A stretch of DNA of 54,031 bases, filler included, from Jimgerdemannia flammicorona (GCA_003990765.1; 2 parts of 2 records of this genome joined end to end with filler, not necessarily neighbours in it); one strand, 5' to 3'. Counted from the whole stretch's first letter, positions 10,501-25,012 are shown. Notes: generated from the letters alone by a model not told the origin. Made by a program: numbers and translations.

Positions 10501-13475
10501 ATGCCTCCAGATAGGTATCTTCACCTGGATGTCCTCTACCCATAAGTCCTACAGCACCTTCTCAGCCAGCAGGAAGGAGTTAAGGCACCAATATCTGGGT
10601 CCATCTCCACTCCCCCCAAACTGCCCCTACCCTAATAGTCCCCAGTGATCAGACCATGAGCACCACTCTGCCTCCAAAGTCTTCCAAACATCAACACCCC
10701 AACATTTGGCTGTCAGAATCCAGTCAATCCTTGTATCCAAGCCATTCACCCAATATGTATAGACTCTTGTGTTGCCCCACCATGTTCTGTCTATATCTCC
10801 AAGAGAGCTAAGATTCTCTACCTCCTCCCATGCATCCAGACCACCACTCCTCCCACCCGCATTTCTCCCTCCATCAGTTCGATCAAATTGCAGATCCTGA
10901 ACCATATTAAAATCACCACTCAGAACATCTACTCCTTCCTCCAAAAGAATGCCCTCCTCTAGCAGATCTCTAATCTATGCAATTCTCTCACCCCTAACTA
11001 TAGGACAGTAGTAGGAGCCAACCCTCACTGGCTCCCACCCTGGCTGATTCCAATCTCTCCAGACCAAGTGATTGCCCCAGCTCTTGACCCCACCTATTCC
11101 CTTTTCCCTCCTTTACCAGAATCACTACTTTGCCAAACCAAGCAGTATCTCCTCCCCATTCTCTAGTCCACTCCACCTGATCATCCTCATCCTCACACTA
11201 TACATTCTGTAGTAAAAAGAGATCAGCCTCCAATTCTTTAAGCCAAGTAAAAATGTTTCTATACCACTCAGAACCCTGTAGCCCATTTACATTCAGCAAG
11301 AAAATGTTAGTTGTACTATTCATAAGGAATAATAGTGTTGATCAATCCCATCCTCTACAAATCTGCATTCAACTCCTCCTATACCAAATCCAAATTATGT
11401 TCCACAGCCAGAGCCTTCTCCTCAGCCACCTGTGCCTCCATCTCTACCAGAAGTTCAGCTAATTCCCCATCCTCTTTTTCCTCAAAGTTCTTATGATACT
11501 CCAGGCATACCTCCTGCCAGAGTTGTAACCCATGCTGCTCAGCCCAACAGTATGCAGCTTGCTCAGCAGCAACTATCACTATCTCAGCCTCCCTTGCTGT
11601 ATCAACCTCATATCCTTTCTTCTCCAAAAAAATTGCAAGAATCTCTGCCTTCAGTGCCTCCACCACTCCATCACCATGCAGAATCCATGCTCATTGCTCC
11701 TCCAGCATCACAAACAGGTCCACTTCCCCCAACTCCTTAGCTGCAAAGTTATTCATCATCTTGCTCATCCACAGCAGATTCCCCACCTTCTTCCCCCCTG
11801 GCATCCCTGGCCTCCCTGCATCAAGCATTATGGTGTCTGCCCCTACACTGGCAGTTTCATCCCACCCCTTCTCTGAGACATCCACCAGCTCATCCTCACC
11901 AACTGCCACCACCTAACCCCCCTTTGCCACATCAGGATCCCCAAAATGAACCCTCTGTGCACCCTTCATCAACACATCCTCCTCTACCTGACCTCTTGTA
12001 GCCAGATCTCATCTGATTAGAGGGGGAGTATCCTCTATGACTGGGTCCCATACTTCAAATGTGCCATCAGCAAATGGGTCCATGTGCAGCACCTTCTCAG
12101 TCCCACCCAGTCTCTCCTCCCTCTCACTTCTATGCTTGTCAGATCAGATACTTACCTCCACACTCTCAGACTTCTCAGTACCCCCAGCCTTCACCTTTGC
12201 CTCTCCTTTTATGCTTGCCAGCAGCTCTTGCTGCCTCTTGCGCCCTTGAGCCCTCTCCCACTGCCTCTTGTCAGCACAAATATGCTTCCCATCAATAATC
12301 TCCAAGTGTGTCGACTCCACAAATAGCTTCCAGGCCTTCATCCACCACTTGACTGCACCACTCAACTCCTCCAGTACTTCCAATGAGTCCTCCTCCTCCC
12401 CTTCATTCCCCTTCACCCTTGATACCTTACAGATAAATACCCCCTACATCAATACTGAGGGCCAGTCACTCATCTTCCCTGTGGCCTCTTTTCCAGCCAG
12501 TCTAATCCAGACATTGAGGTCACCAGTCCTAAAGGCCATCTCCTCCTACATCTGGAAGCCAATATCCACCATATTACTATACTCTGCTATTACCTCTTTC
12601 ACCCACCTCCTAGTCTCAGCCTTTGTCACTATAGATATCCCCTTCACCAGCAACTGTACTACCCTGAGATCCCACCTTAGGCATTGCACCATCAGGACCA
12701 CCACTTCCCCAACCATCACTCCAGTCTTCAGAGCCTCACCAAGTGGGCCTGCCTCCTCAAAGCCCACCTCAACCCTCTCCAGCTCCTTCAGAAACTTCAC
12801 CAAGGCTGCCCCAGCCACCTGCTGTAAGATAAGCCCCAGGACCATTCTCACTATCACTGCCAAGCCCTGGAAGCACAAAGTAGCTGCAAACTCTGAAATT
12901 GACTACTTGAGTAATAGTGCCACCACTAGCCCATCATACTATCAGTCAGGTCCCACTTCCACTTTGGACCTATCTGTCTAGCCCCACCATCAACAGTCAC
13001 ATCTGGATTTTTTTCCAGATTCTCAGTCATACTACTATTAGTAGTCCCACCACTACTCCCAGCAGCCACCCCACCAGTCCTACTACCCACCAGCTGAGCT
13101 CCAGCTCCTTCAGCTCCTCTAGCTTCTCCAATCTTCTGCTTCTCCTTCTCTCCCACCTACCCACTCTGAGTCTCTACTGACCAACTACTACTCCTCAGCA
13201 TGTTCACAAAGCTCCTCCCTGCCAGCCCTCCAGCCCCACCACCAGCACCACTTCCACTGCCCAAACTGTCTCTCCCACTTGGACTACTGAAGGACCCCAT
13301 CCCAAGCCCATCTCTACATCTGACATATTGCTAGTTAAAAGCCCCAGCTCTACCTGAGCTAGTATGTGTATCTGCTTACTTGCTAGTAGACATTGCCTTA
13401 ATACCTTTCTCCAATAAATGACTGGAAAGTGTGTTGTAAAAGTGTGTGTAATGTGAATTATAGCAGAGAAAGGTA
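7585..13475 (-). mobile_element. Full-length L1/Tx1-like LINE, copy 2 (about 5.9 kb), decayed ORFs
   Basis: Poly(A) tail seen as poly-T at about 7584-7601. 15-bp TSD TAGGTAGAAATTGAT at 7570-7584 and 13476-13490. ORF1 about 13393-11355, ORF2 from about 11323, with GDFN, APGEDG and FADN motifs. Confidence 0.95.
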
Positions 13476-13490
13476 TAGGTAGAAATTGAT

Positions 13491-15867
13491 AATAGTTGTA
13501 ACATTCTAGCTAGAGCTTAATTGCTAGATTTATATCTTTGATAGATATCATAAGATATGATATAGTTCTTGATATTAGCAGTCATCTTAAACTAGTAGAA
13601 ATCTTTAGCAATATGTTTGTATATCTTATAAAATTCTATATAACTAGCTATAGATATATTATATAGTTTTATAGGATTTTTAGGTAGATAGAGAGGTATC
13701 AAAAACTCAAATGCTTATATTATCAAGATACATATATCTGTTTTGAATAAAAATATTCTTGTATATCTTCTTCATAATATTACTTTCTTCTTTGTAGATT
13801 TGCTAAGTAATTTCTTATATATTAATATTCTTTATATACTCTTTTTTAACTTTTTTAAATAAGCTAATAATAATATTACTAATTGCTGTAAGATTATCTT
13901 TCTAAGAGGAAAGTACATCTGCTACTTCATTCTTAGTACCAGCTATATGTATAATTTCAATATTAAAGAATATAAGAATCTGTATCTATTTTTATTGTAT
14001 TTTAGTAAGAATTAAAATCTGAATTTATTACAAGACTTAATAGTCTATCTATAAGATGAATTTCTTACTGAAGAGAAAATATCTCTATGTTAGCAGAGAT
14101 AAGAAAATAGTAAGGAGTTTCTTATCTTACATTATATAGTTCTTTTTATACTTTAAAATAGATATATAATTAGATGTGGATCGATATAGCTTCAATAGTA
14201 ATATTTGAGGCATCTGTAGTAACAGTGAAGAGTTCTGTAGAATCAGGACTAATTAGGATTAGTGAATTGATCAGCATTCTCTTCAGGGTATTCATTGCTA
14301 TAGTATATTCTTCTGTTTATTTTTATTTTTTTGATATTGGCTCTTTTTTTGTAAAGACTTGTAAATGAGAAAGTAATTACTAAAAATTCTTAAATAAATC
14401 TTTAATAATATCTAGCCAATCTATTGAATCTATGTAGAGACTTGAGGGTCTTTAGAATAGGCTAATTATAGATTGCTTTAGTTTTTTTCAGATCAATAGC
14501 AATACTATTTGCTGAAATAATATATCTTAGAAATTTAATTTTTTTTCTAGAAGAAATGATATTTCTTTAACTTTGCTGAGAGCTTATTTTCATAGAGTAT
14601 GTTAAAGACCATTTGTAGATATTATTGATAGATAATATTACTTATACTGTATACTAGGATGTTATCTAGATATAAGATCAATAAGTAAAAAGATCTTGAT
14701 CTTATATACTTGGTCAAGTAGTTTATTAACTTATAAGAGTATATATCAATTCTTGATAGAGATTTTATTGAGTGCTCAATAGTTAATATATATATAAAGA
14801 CTTCTTTTTTTTTATAAATAAAAAGAATTGATATAATATAATAATTTTGATAAATATATAAGACCTTTGTTTGATATATTTGCTAGTTATTCTATGGAAG
14901 TTTCTATCTCAGACAGAGCTAGTCAGTAGATTCTACAGTAGGGAGAGTCTGTTTCAGGAATGGTCTCAATACTATACTCTACTACTCAGATAAGTAATAG
15001 TCTTTGAGATTTTTGAAAAATATTCTTATATTTCTTAAGTAATTTTTAGAGACTTTCTTCTTATTTATCTTTATCCTTCAATAGTTTAGAGAGGTTATCA
15101 TCATCATTATCATCATTATTATCTTCTACTGATAGTTTCTTAATAGTATATATAGATATATTGCTCTGGTTTCAGAATTAGCTTCTTAGTAGAGATGATG
15201 TCATATTTGGGTTTTGTCTTCTTCTTGGTCTATTCCAGTTATAACTTAATATATCTTAGAGAGATTGTATTGATTCATCAGTTAATATGGGGATTCTCCA
15301 ATATGAGCTAGGATTTTCAGAAAATAAGATTATATTCTGAAAGTTGTATAATATGAAAGATTTGCTTCATTGTATAGTCTCCTAGTTGCAAGAGTATATT
15401 CTTGCAGATTTTTGAGAGTTTCTGAGTTATTCTATTATCAAATATAGCAATTTTGTCTTTTAGGTTTTTTGTATTTTGAGGTTAAATTTGTCAGTAGTTT
15501 TCTTATCAAGATATGTATCTCTTACTTGCTCTACTATCAATAAGGACCTTGATAGAATTTCTCACAATTTTTCCTTATAGGTGAATATATTCAGAATTAC
15601 CTTCTTACTAGGTAGTAATTGTTTCTGAGTTAGCTTCTTGTTTTTAATCTTATATTTCTTCATCTTTATTATTGATATTCTTGATTTTTTCATTTTATTA
15701 TTTAGAAAAGTTGGCTTTTACTTCTTAGATTCAAGGATATATATAATATATTCAAAAGAGTTATAAACAAAGTTCAAACTGTAGCAAAGTGATATAAACT
15801 GTGCAATATTCATTTTAGCAATGCAGTCATACAATTCACCCTAGCAATTTTTGTTTCAGCAATATAG
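13491..15867 (-). mobile_element. Degenerate Ty3/Gypsy pol (protease, RT, RNase H region)
   Basis: Minus strand: VLIDSRAS near 15525-15550 (aspartic protease DSG eroded), LYLDNILVYS near 14650-14675 (YLDD eroded), IKFLRYIISANSIAIDLKKTKAI and RFNRLARYY near 14400-14540 (RT thumb region). Confidence 0.85.
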
Positions 15868-17443
15868 TGTCACATAGTGGTCGCTGAGTCCTTCAAATAT
15901 GCCAGATTCTCTTCAAGGTATATCTCTTAGACTAATTCAAGTTTGTTATAAGTAAGTTCTTATTGGAGTACCTTCTCAAGGTCTTATAGTCCTCAAACTT
16001 CTTATCTTTAAACTGTCTTGTTATCTCTTAGATTGCTTATAAGGAAGTGTATATATTGTACTGAGAGGAACTGAATGGACTGACTTTATTTCAGAGGAAA
16101 TAAGAGAGGTATTTATACAAAATATAATTCAATGGTTGCTAAGATATAAAGCTAAATATAAATTCCAATAACTAAAATAAAATGCCAGGATAGGAAAAAC
16201 TGCTAAGTTCCAGGGTCAGTACTGATGGTTGTACAGGTTCAGAATGCTGGTATTATTCAGTATTACATCAAAATGCCCGTGCTGGCATTATTCAGTATTA
16301 CATCAAAATGCTGACATTATTCAGTGTAACCAAGGGACTTAGAGCAGAATGTTCAAGACCATGGGGGCTTTATCCTCATCAGAGGTCAGGATGTCTTCAA
16401 AGGAGATGAGGTCCGCAAATGTCTCATCTGTCTTGTCATTGTCATCTCATAGGTCGTGTATTTCATGTACTTCATGTGCTTCACATATGTTGCATGGGAT
16501 GATGTCATTGCTGATGACATCATCATATTTGGCAGTGGCAGCAGTGGGAACAAAGAGATCTGGAGCTCTCTAGTCTATGAGGTTCTCTTCTATAAAATAG
16601 AGAACAAATGTGGGGTCTTGGGGAGGTCTAACCTGGATGCTTGGGCCTTGGAATACTGAGATCAATCCTTGCAGGAATTGATCTGGGTTGTCCTGGAGAA
16701 TGAGATGCCAGAAGTCTTCTACTTCATCACTATTGAGGGTGATAGTGGACTGGGCTTCTGTAGCCACCCTGGCTTCTAGTGCATTGATATGGTGGAATGA
16801 CAGGTCTCTGAAATCTGAGACTCTAACATACTCCAAGTTAGAGATTGACCATGGTACATGCCTAAAGATCTGATGGATCTTCTTAGCTATCTTTGTTTCA
16901 TATATATTCATGGAAGTGGCATCTTGTAGCTCTTGAGTGCTGGTCTGTGGGACTCCCGGCAGAGGAGATTTCCTATTTTATACTCCTGCTACATTTGGAG
17001 GCATTTGGTAGCAATGATGATCCTTGTTTCCATTTCACAGCAATAGAGGATATAATGATAAGAGTCACCAGTACCCAGGTTGACACTAGGAGTCCTTCTT
17101 AAACAGGTCCTCATGGCTCTTCTGATGTCTTGGAATATCCTTTCTTTGACTGAGATACCTTGGTGGTTCTTTGACCTTGAGGTTTGGTGAGCAGCAGGCA
17201 TTTTGTTTGTGGTAAGTCTTTGAGCTATTTTGGGATTAGTGGGTCTTGTTGGTTGCTACTACTGTGGTTCCTTGATCCTTCTTTTATATTCCTCAAGATA
17301 TCTGAACTGTGGTCACAATGACTCATAGTTGGTCATCATCACTCATCTCATATACCATATGATCTTCTTGTACTCTGATCTGGTGGCTTATAAGGAAAGA
17401 CTGTCTCTTGTACTAATGTCATCATTCTGGGGTCACCATTACA
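15868..17443 (-). mobile_element. Probable solo LTR or LTR-type insertion, about 1.58 kb
   Basis: TG...CA termini (TGTCACA...CCATTACA), near-perfect 4-bp TSD ATAG/ACAG. Removing it restores a host short tandem unit (AGCAATrCAGTyATrCAATTCACyCTAGC). Minus-strand TATAAATA near 16115 followed by AATAAA near 16087. Confidence 0.6.
16244..16326. repeat. Short tandem repeat, TGCTGGyATTATTCAGTATTACATCAAAA core, about 2.5 copies
   Basis: Core visible at about 16244, 16279 and partially at 16309. Confidence 0.8.
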
Positions 17444-19125
17444 ACAGTTATGCAATTCACTCTAGCTTAGTTTCACTCATAGTCTTAGCCTCTCTTTCAG
17501 TCTAATTTAGTTCAGTTTCAAGTATGCCAGTTTCAGTAACTGTAATGTACTTCCTTCCTTCAGTACTCATTACTTTACCTTCAAGCATACTTTTCATTAA
17601 GCAGATATTTCTATTGTGTCTTTATATCTTCAATCAATTTTTATACATCCCTCCCACCTATCTCTTTTGGAATAAATAGACAAATAGCCTCTTCATATAT
17701 GTATGCAAATGGTGGGTCTTAAAAAGCCCTAACCCATATCTGATCTTTTATATTCTAATTTTGCTTAACATTTTCAATTACTCCTTTTCACTATACTTTT
17801 ATTTATTTTATAATCTATATACTGTATATTTACTCTACACACTCTGCAAACTCTCACATGTAAGATACTTTGTCTATATACTCAAAATAGTATATCTTAA
17901 TTCTATAGAAATATCATCTAGCTAGAATATATCTATCAGTAATATACTTATAATATTTCTGATCTCAGTCTTGAGAATTTTCAATGTGAATAATCTTCTA
18001 TTCCTTGTACTTAATAAGGTGTTTTTTTATTGACCTAAAAGTCTTTTCTCCTCTATTAGAGAGTAATAGTTCATTTGTTTCTTCTTTGAGATCATTATAT
18101 ATTACTTTAATAATAACTTAGATAATTTATTTTTCACATATAATTTCAACTGACTTCTGTCTGGTATTGTAGTATTGTATAGCAGGATCTTGATTTTATC
18201 TTTGAATTTCTTGTCTACATCTTCTTTAGTTATATAGAATCTCTCTTTCTTAATCAGGCTACTTCTTTGATAAGATAGATATAGGTTTCTTTAAAAACTT
18301 CTATTCTAATATCTATGATAATGATCACTTACTTGTCTGGTTTAATGATTATTTCTATACTTGAATAGAGATTGTAGCCAGTATCAGATTTATGTATCTT
18401 ATCTGAGATTTTTATAATAATGTAAGATCTCTTAACTTTGATCTTCTCAGAAGTTTCTTTGAGATCATCTTCTATTATAGTGATAGTATGTAAGAAGGAG
18501 GATGATCTCTTGTTTATATTGGTCTTTTTGTCAGAGTATTTAAAAGATATATATCTAGTCTTCTTGTAATAGAAACATGTTCTTTTCTTCTTAAGTCCTT
18601 TGAATTCCTTATCAGATATTATTTTATATCTATCTTATAATTTTGTAATTTATATCTCTTCTTGAATTGATGTTATTTATTTTCTTTATTATTGTTTCTA
18701 TGTTCCTTAGTCTTTGAGTTACTAGAATAGTATATACTTTAGTAATGACTTATCCTAAGCACTATTACTCATATAGATAATTATAAGATTATTCTTATTC
18801 TCAGATCTTTTCTAACAACTATCCAGAGATAGTATTGAAAAAGTATATTGCTCTGGTTCTATTCATGGTCTATTCTTATCAGCTATACTCTACTCTGATT
18901 ATATTCAGGAGGATTTCTAATCTTATTGCAAATATCTCTAGATTTTCTTTTTGATCATTATAGAATTAGAAATTCTTCAACTTAGTTCTGATTTTAGCAA
19001 TATGAGTAGAGCTACAGAACTACTGAATGATTAGCTCTTTTAGGCCCACAGTAGCTAGATAGACTTTATAATTAGAGCAATCATCATTCCTCTCATATTA
19101 ATTTCAGTATAAGTTTTTTAGATAA
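17444..19125 (-). mobile_element. Highly degenerate retroelement gag region (probably continues at 25013-26565)
   Basis: Minus strand near 18540-18600 reads KKKRTCFYYKKTRYISFKY, consistent with an eroded CX2CX4HX4C knuckle. AT-rich, CpG-free. May be the gag of the Gypsy pol to its left. Confidence 0.55.
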
Positions 19126-19139
19126 GAGGATATTCTAGA

Positions 19140-22100
19140 CATCTTTCTCTGGTATCATTCAGGTTATACAACCTTTGGAAGACACTTACAACATCATTTT
19201 TGGAGAAAAGAGACTAACAACATGGCGACTGACAGGCAATCTGAGGTGCATACTGGGCAGAGTGACCCAAGCACTTTCAACTGGCAGCAGGTGGGGAGGG
19301 GCCCGGACCTGGGGGGGGGCATGAGGGGGCTACTGGCGGGTGGATATGGAAGGGGTGGAGGTAATGGTGGAGGCCAAGGGTCTGGGAGGGCAAGCTTTGT
19401 GGAGACAGTGAAGGAGAGACAGCAGGCATCAGGGCTGAAGGAGGAGTAAGGAGACTGAGAAGGTGGCAGTACATGGGGGAGTAGCCCTTGGAAGGGGGGG
19501 CAGTGGAGCTGGGGGAGTAGCGGCTGGGGGGAGTGTGACTGCTGATGGTAATGGGACTGCCAATCTGGAAAAAAATCCAGATGTGATAGCTGATGGCAAG
19601 GCTGAGCGGCTGAGGCTTGGAAGATAAGGAGATTTGGCAGATGGCATGACAGGCCTGGCAGTGGCCCCATTACTCAAAAAATCGATCTCAGCATTTGCAG
19701 TTACACTGTACTTCTGGAGCTTAGTAGTGATGGTGAAAATGGTGCTGGGGCTTATCACTAAGCAGGTAGCAGGAGCTATGTCAGTGAAGTTTTTGAAGAG
19801 ACTGGAGGGAGTGGAGGTGGGTTTTAAGGAAGCTGAGCTACTGGAGGAGGTGCTGAAGGTTGGATTGATAGTTGGAGAGGTGTGTGTTCCAATGGTGTGT
19901 TGCCTGAAGTGGGATCCAAGGGTGGTCCAACTGCTGGTGAAAGGAGTGCCCACAGTGATGGTGGTAGAGACAAGAAGGAGAGTTGAGGAAGTTATGGTAG
20001 AATATAGAGAGATAGTGGATATTGGATTCAGGGTCTGGGAAGGGACCTCACTTAGGACTGGTGACATGGATGTGAGGATTCGGCTGGCTGGGAAAGAAGC
20101 TACCAGGAAGGCGAGGGACTGGCCTTCGGTGATGGTCTGGAGAGCGATCTTGTGCAAGGTAACAAGGGTGAAGGAAAGTGAGGAGGAGGAGGAGGATTTA
20201 TTGGAAGCACTAGAAGAGTTGAGTGGTGCTATAGAGCGGTGAGTGAAGGCATGGAAGGCTTTTGTGGAGTCAATACACTTGGAGATAGTGGATGGAAAGC
20301 AGATTTGAGTGGACAAGGAGTAGTGGAAAAGGGCTCAGAGGCATAAGAGACAGAAGGAGCTGCTGGCTAAGCTGGAAAACAGACCACTGGAGGATGTGAG
20401 CAAGATGAAGGACATGGGGGGGGGCCAAAGTAAGTGTCTGGGCCGGCAAGGGGAGTGGGAAGGCCAGGAAGGAGACAGGGGAGGATAAGGAGAAGTCTGG
20501 TAAGGATCCATATGCTGATGGTATGCTGGAGGTTTGGGAGGTGGACTGGAAGGACTCTCCTACCCCTACCCCTCTTATCAGGTGAGGCCCAGCTTCCTGA
20601 AACAGAGTGGTGGAGGATGTGCCAATGTGGGGGGCCCAGAGGGTGCAATTTGGAGTTCCGGAGATGGCAAACAGAGGACAAGTGGTGGTGGCTAGAGAGG
20701 AGGAACTGGTGGATGTCCCAGAGGTATGAGATGAGTCTGCAAGTGCTGGGGTTGACACCACAATGCTGGGTGGAGGGAGGCCAGCAACTCTGGGTGGGAA
20801 GGAGGTGGGGAACCTACTTTGGATATGCTGGATGATGAATAACCTAGTGGTGGAAGAGTTGGGGGAGATGGACTTGAGAGTGATGGGTGATGAGCATTGG
20901 GCATGGATACTGCAGAGGGATGGAGTGATGAAGGCATTGAAGGTGGAAATTCTTACAGTGTATCTGGAGGAGAAAGGGTATGAGGTGGATAAGGAGAGGG
21001 AGGCAGAGATGGCAGTTGTTGCTGGAGAGAGGGCTGAATACTGCTGGAATAAGTGTTATAGATTGTAGCTCTGGCAGGAGGCCTGCCTAGAGTACCAGGA
21101 GGAGTTTAAGGAGAAGGCAGATGGGGAGATGAACGATCTACTGGCTGGATTGGAGGCTCAGAGGGCTGAAGAGGAGGAGGTGATGGTGGAACATAATCTG
21201 AACATGGCATAGGAGGAGATGAACATGGAGCAGTAGAGATCGATTAATAACATAATGTATTTCATTATAAACAGTACAACCAACATTTTTTTTTTAAATG
21301 TGAATGGGTTACAGGGTGCTGCTAGATATAGGAACATTTTTACTTGGATGAAGGAATTGGAGGCTGATCTCTTCCTCTTGCAGGATGTCAGGTATGAGGA
21401 TGATTCTGATAGGATGAAATAGACAAAGGAATGGAGAGGTGTGATGATTTGGAAGGGCAAGGTTGGGATTCTGGTTTGGAAAGGCAGAGGGGAGATAAGG
21501 GATGTGAGGAGCTGGGGGGAGAGACTGGTCTGGGGTGAGTGGATTTGTGCAGGCTGGAAGCCAGTTACAGTTGGCTCCTGTTACTGCTCTGCTGTATGTA
21601 GTGAGTATGTAGATTGGGTGAAGGGGCTCCAGGAGAGTGGGATCCTTGCAGAGGCTGGGGTGGATATGCTTGGGGGAGATTTCAATATGGTTCAGGATAT
21701 ACTGATGGATAGAACAGATGGAGGACAGGGTGCTGAGAGCAGGAGTGGAGGGCTGGCAGCATGAGAGGAAGTAGAAAGACTAAGTGTGCTGGTAGATACT
21801 GGTAGGGAGTGCTGGGGGGATAGGAGGGTTTATACACATTGGGTAGGGGGCCTGGGGACAAGGATTGACTGAATTCTGATGGCCAGTTGCTGGGGCCTAG
21901 ATGTTTGGAAGTTGCTGAAGGTGGAATGGTGTCCATGGTTGGATCACTGGGGGCTTTTGAGACAGGGGTGCTTTGGGGGAAGTAGGGATGGGCCTGGACA
22001 TTGGTGCCTAAATTCCTCTTTGTTAGATGACAAGACTCAGTGGGATGAGTAGACTAAAGATATTCAGCTGAGAGTGGAGAACTGGCAACAGGAAAGTGCC

Positions 22101-24998
22101 TCAATTGGGGTTTGGTGGATGAGGATGAAAGAGATGGCCAAGATTTACTAGAGTGAGGCTGGCAAGGAGGCAGGGAAGCAGAGAAGGTGAAGAGTGCATT
22201 GGACTTCTACTAGATTAGCTAGGCTTCTAGAGGAGTGGGTGAGGCTGGTGATATTGGAGAGAGAAGAAGATTGGATATTAATGAGAGTGAAGATGGAGAT
22301 TGGGGAACTACAACAGGTGCTGTGGGAAGAGAAAGAGACAAGAGTACAAAGCTTGGTGGCACAGCTTCATTGGCAGGATCTGGAGGAAGGGGAGAGGCCT
22401 TCCAACTTTCTTATGAGGGCCCTTAGGGTAAGAAGAGTACAGCAATAGTGGGAAGGGGTACTTGACTCAGATAGTGTACTAGTGCATAGTGTACAGGACA
22501 TTCTTGGATCATTGAAGGTGTGATAGAGTGGATTGTGGAGTGAGGAGGAGGGTGGGGCAGATGCTGCTGCTATTGACCAAACATTGGAGGATTGGTACCC
22601 ACCACAAGTAGAGGGGCTAGGTGATCTGGTTATATCTGTACAAGAGGATGAGATCCACCAGGTTCTTGCTGTAATAACCCCAGGTATGGCACCTGGAGAG
22701 GATGGTCTGCTCTGGGACTTCTGGAAGCAAATGGTTGGAGTCCCAGGGGTGATGGGAGAGATGACGGCATTGTGTAACTTTATTCTACAGACAGGGAGAT
22801 GGGTGGGGGAGCAGGATCTTGGGCTGGTGATGCTGCTTTATAAGAACAAAGGAAGACAAGAGGATTGGAAGAACTGGTAGCCAATAATGTTGCTAGATAT
22901 GGACAGAAAGTTGGTGACTAAGGTAGTGGTTGCAAGGCTACAGAAGGTGGCTCAGCAAGTTGTGGGTGTTGAGCAGAGGGGATTTGTGGGTGGTCGGCTC
23001 ATTAGGGATGGCACAGCCTGAGTATATGGAGTTATTGAAGTGGCAAGGGCCTGTGGACTGGATGGGCATCTAGTCTTCTTGGACCAGGAGAAGGCTTACA
23101 ACCAGGTGCAATGAGTCTGGCTGGCAAAAGTATTAGATAGAATGGGGGTTCTGCACCAATTCCAGTCAGCAATGGTCAGCCTACTGGAAGGGAGTAGGAC
23201 TGCACTCATGTATAATGGACATAGAGGGGTAGCATTCCCCCTGGGTAGGGGGGTGCCCCAGGGGGACCCACTGTCCCCCATTTTGTATACTCTTTCCCTG
23301 GAACCCCTAATGGACAGAATTAGATAGAGGATAGTGGGGCTCTCTGTCTTTGAAATTGGGTGAAAAGTTGGGGCCTTTGCAGATGCCATGGTGGTGGGTT
23401 TGAGATCGATTGCTGATGTCGAGGAGCTCAAGAAGACAGTGGAGTGGTATGAGGAGAACTCTGGGGCTAAGCTGAATTGGCACAAGTGTGAAACAATGGT
23501 ACTAGACAATGGCCTGGCGAGAGGAGAGGTTATAGGAGCAATCGTCCCCACCAGTGAGACAGTGTGGTACTTGGGCATCTATTTGTCAGTCTATGGGTCA
23601 GTTCTGTCCAGGCTTTGGTGGGAGCAGAGGATTGGAATCTGGGAGGAGGCTCTGTGGGATTGGGGGGGAAGACACTTTTCTCTGGTGGGGTGGGTCTTGA
23701 TTTTGAATGTCTATTGGCTGCTGAAGTTGTGGTATCTGACTTATCATCTGGACTTCCCAGCCTGGGTGGTGAAGAGATTGATGAAGTTGGCAAAGGAATG
23801 GATTTGGGCTGGCAGACAGAGTTAGATTGGTTGGGAGACCTTGTCCTTACCAGTGGCAAGAGGTGGTCTTGGGCTGGTGGACTTTCCAAAATGGCTACAC
23901 TGCTTGAGAGCATGGTGGCTAAAGAGGGTAGTGGAGTTGCAAGGAGGTGGTTGGGTTCCCCTGCTGCAGAAGATCTGGGAGAGACAGTCATTGCCAAGAG
24001 GCTCGACTGGCAATCTCCTCTCATTAGTTGGACTTTAGAACACTGAACAATTGTGATATAAAGGATTCTGGTGGGGGATAGCAGAGGGGGTGCACTGCAT
24101 TGGAATTCGCTGGCAGGAGAATGAAGGAGAGTGGCTTGGGACCTGGTGATGTGGAGATGAGATCGTAACTGCTGGGTGGCATTCCTTTAATTGAGTTCGA
24201 TATTGGTGATGGAATGGAATATCAAAGGGGACCAGGCCAGGATCTGTAGCCTAGCAGTTGGCAAGGAGTTGGAATTGGAGAAGAGTAGAACTGGTATGGT
24301 GTTTAGACCTGGAGTGCTGCAGTAAGAAAGTAGATGCTGCTAAAGTACTGGGTGGTCTGGTGGTACATACTGAGGAGGAATATAATGCTCAACTTCTGCT
24401 CAGGGCACCTTATCATAGGGGGTTACTTCGACTGTGAGGAGTGCCATAATGTAGGGCAGAAAGGGGGTTATGTACAGATACCAGAATATTGGCTAGGAGA
24501 GTGTGAGGTGTTGGGGGACTTTTGGCAGACCATTGGGGATCACTTGGGGATAAGATGTAGAGGAGATGAAGTATGGGGGAGGTGAGAGGACTTGAGGAAT
24601 TGATTGGTAGGGGGGGTAGGAAAAGAGTGGCTTACCTTAGGCTGGGCTTTGGTCATTTGGGTGGGGCTGGCCAGTTACTGGCTATTTGTTTTTGAGGATG
24701 GGAGGAGACAGGGCTTGGGGAACCAATTGTTGCAGTGGCATAGTCTTATGGAAGACACCTTGACAGGCTGGTGGCTTGGTTGGGGGCTGCAGGGTGGTCA
24801 GAGGTGCCACTTGGTGGAGAAAATCTGTGGACAGAGTGGGGGGAGAGTTGGAGTAGTTGGTGAGAGGGTGATCTTTATTTGTGAGGAGATGGAGAGGGGT
24901 CCCCCTATGGGGATTGGGTAGTGGGTGGTGATAATATATACTTATTTATAGACTGGTAATAAAGATAGAGTCCAAGTGACTATATAAAAAAAAAAAAA
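19140..24998 (+). mobile_element. Full-length L1/Tx1-like LINE, copy 3 (diverged subfamily), decayed ORFs
   Basis: TSD GAGGATATTCTAGA at 19126-19139 and 24999-25012. Poly(A) at about 24986-24998. ORF1 ATG at 19222. ORF2 with LNVNG, LQD, GGDFN, GVPQGDPLSP and CEEC motifs. Confidence 0.95.
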
Positions 24999-25012
24999 GA
25001 GGATATTCTAGA

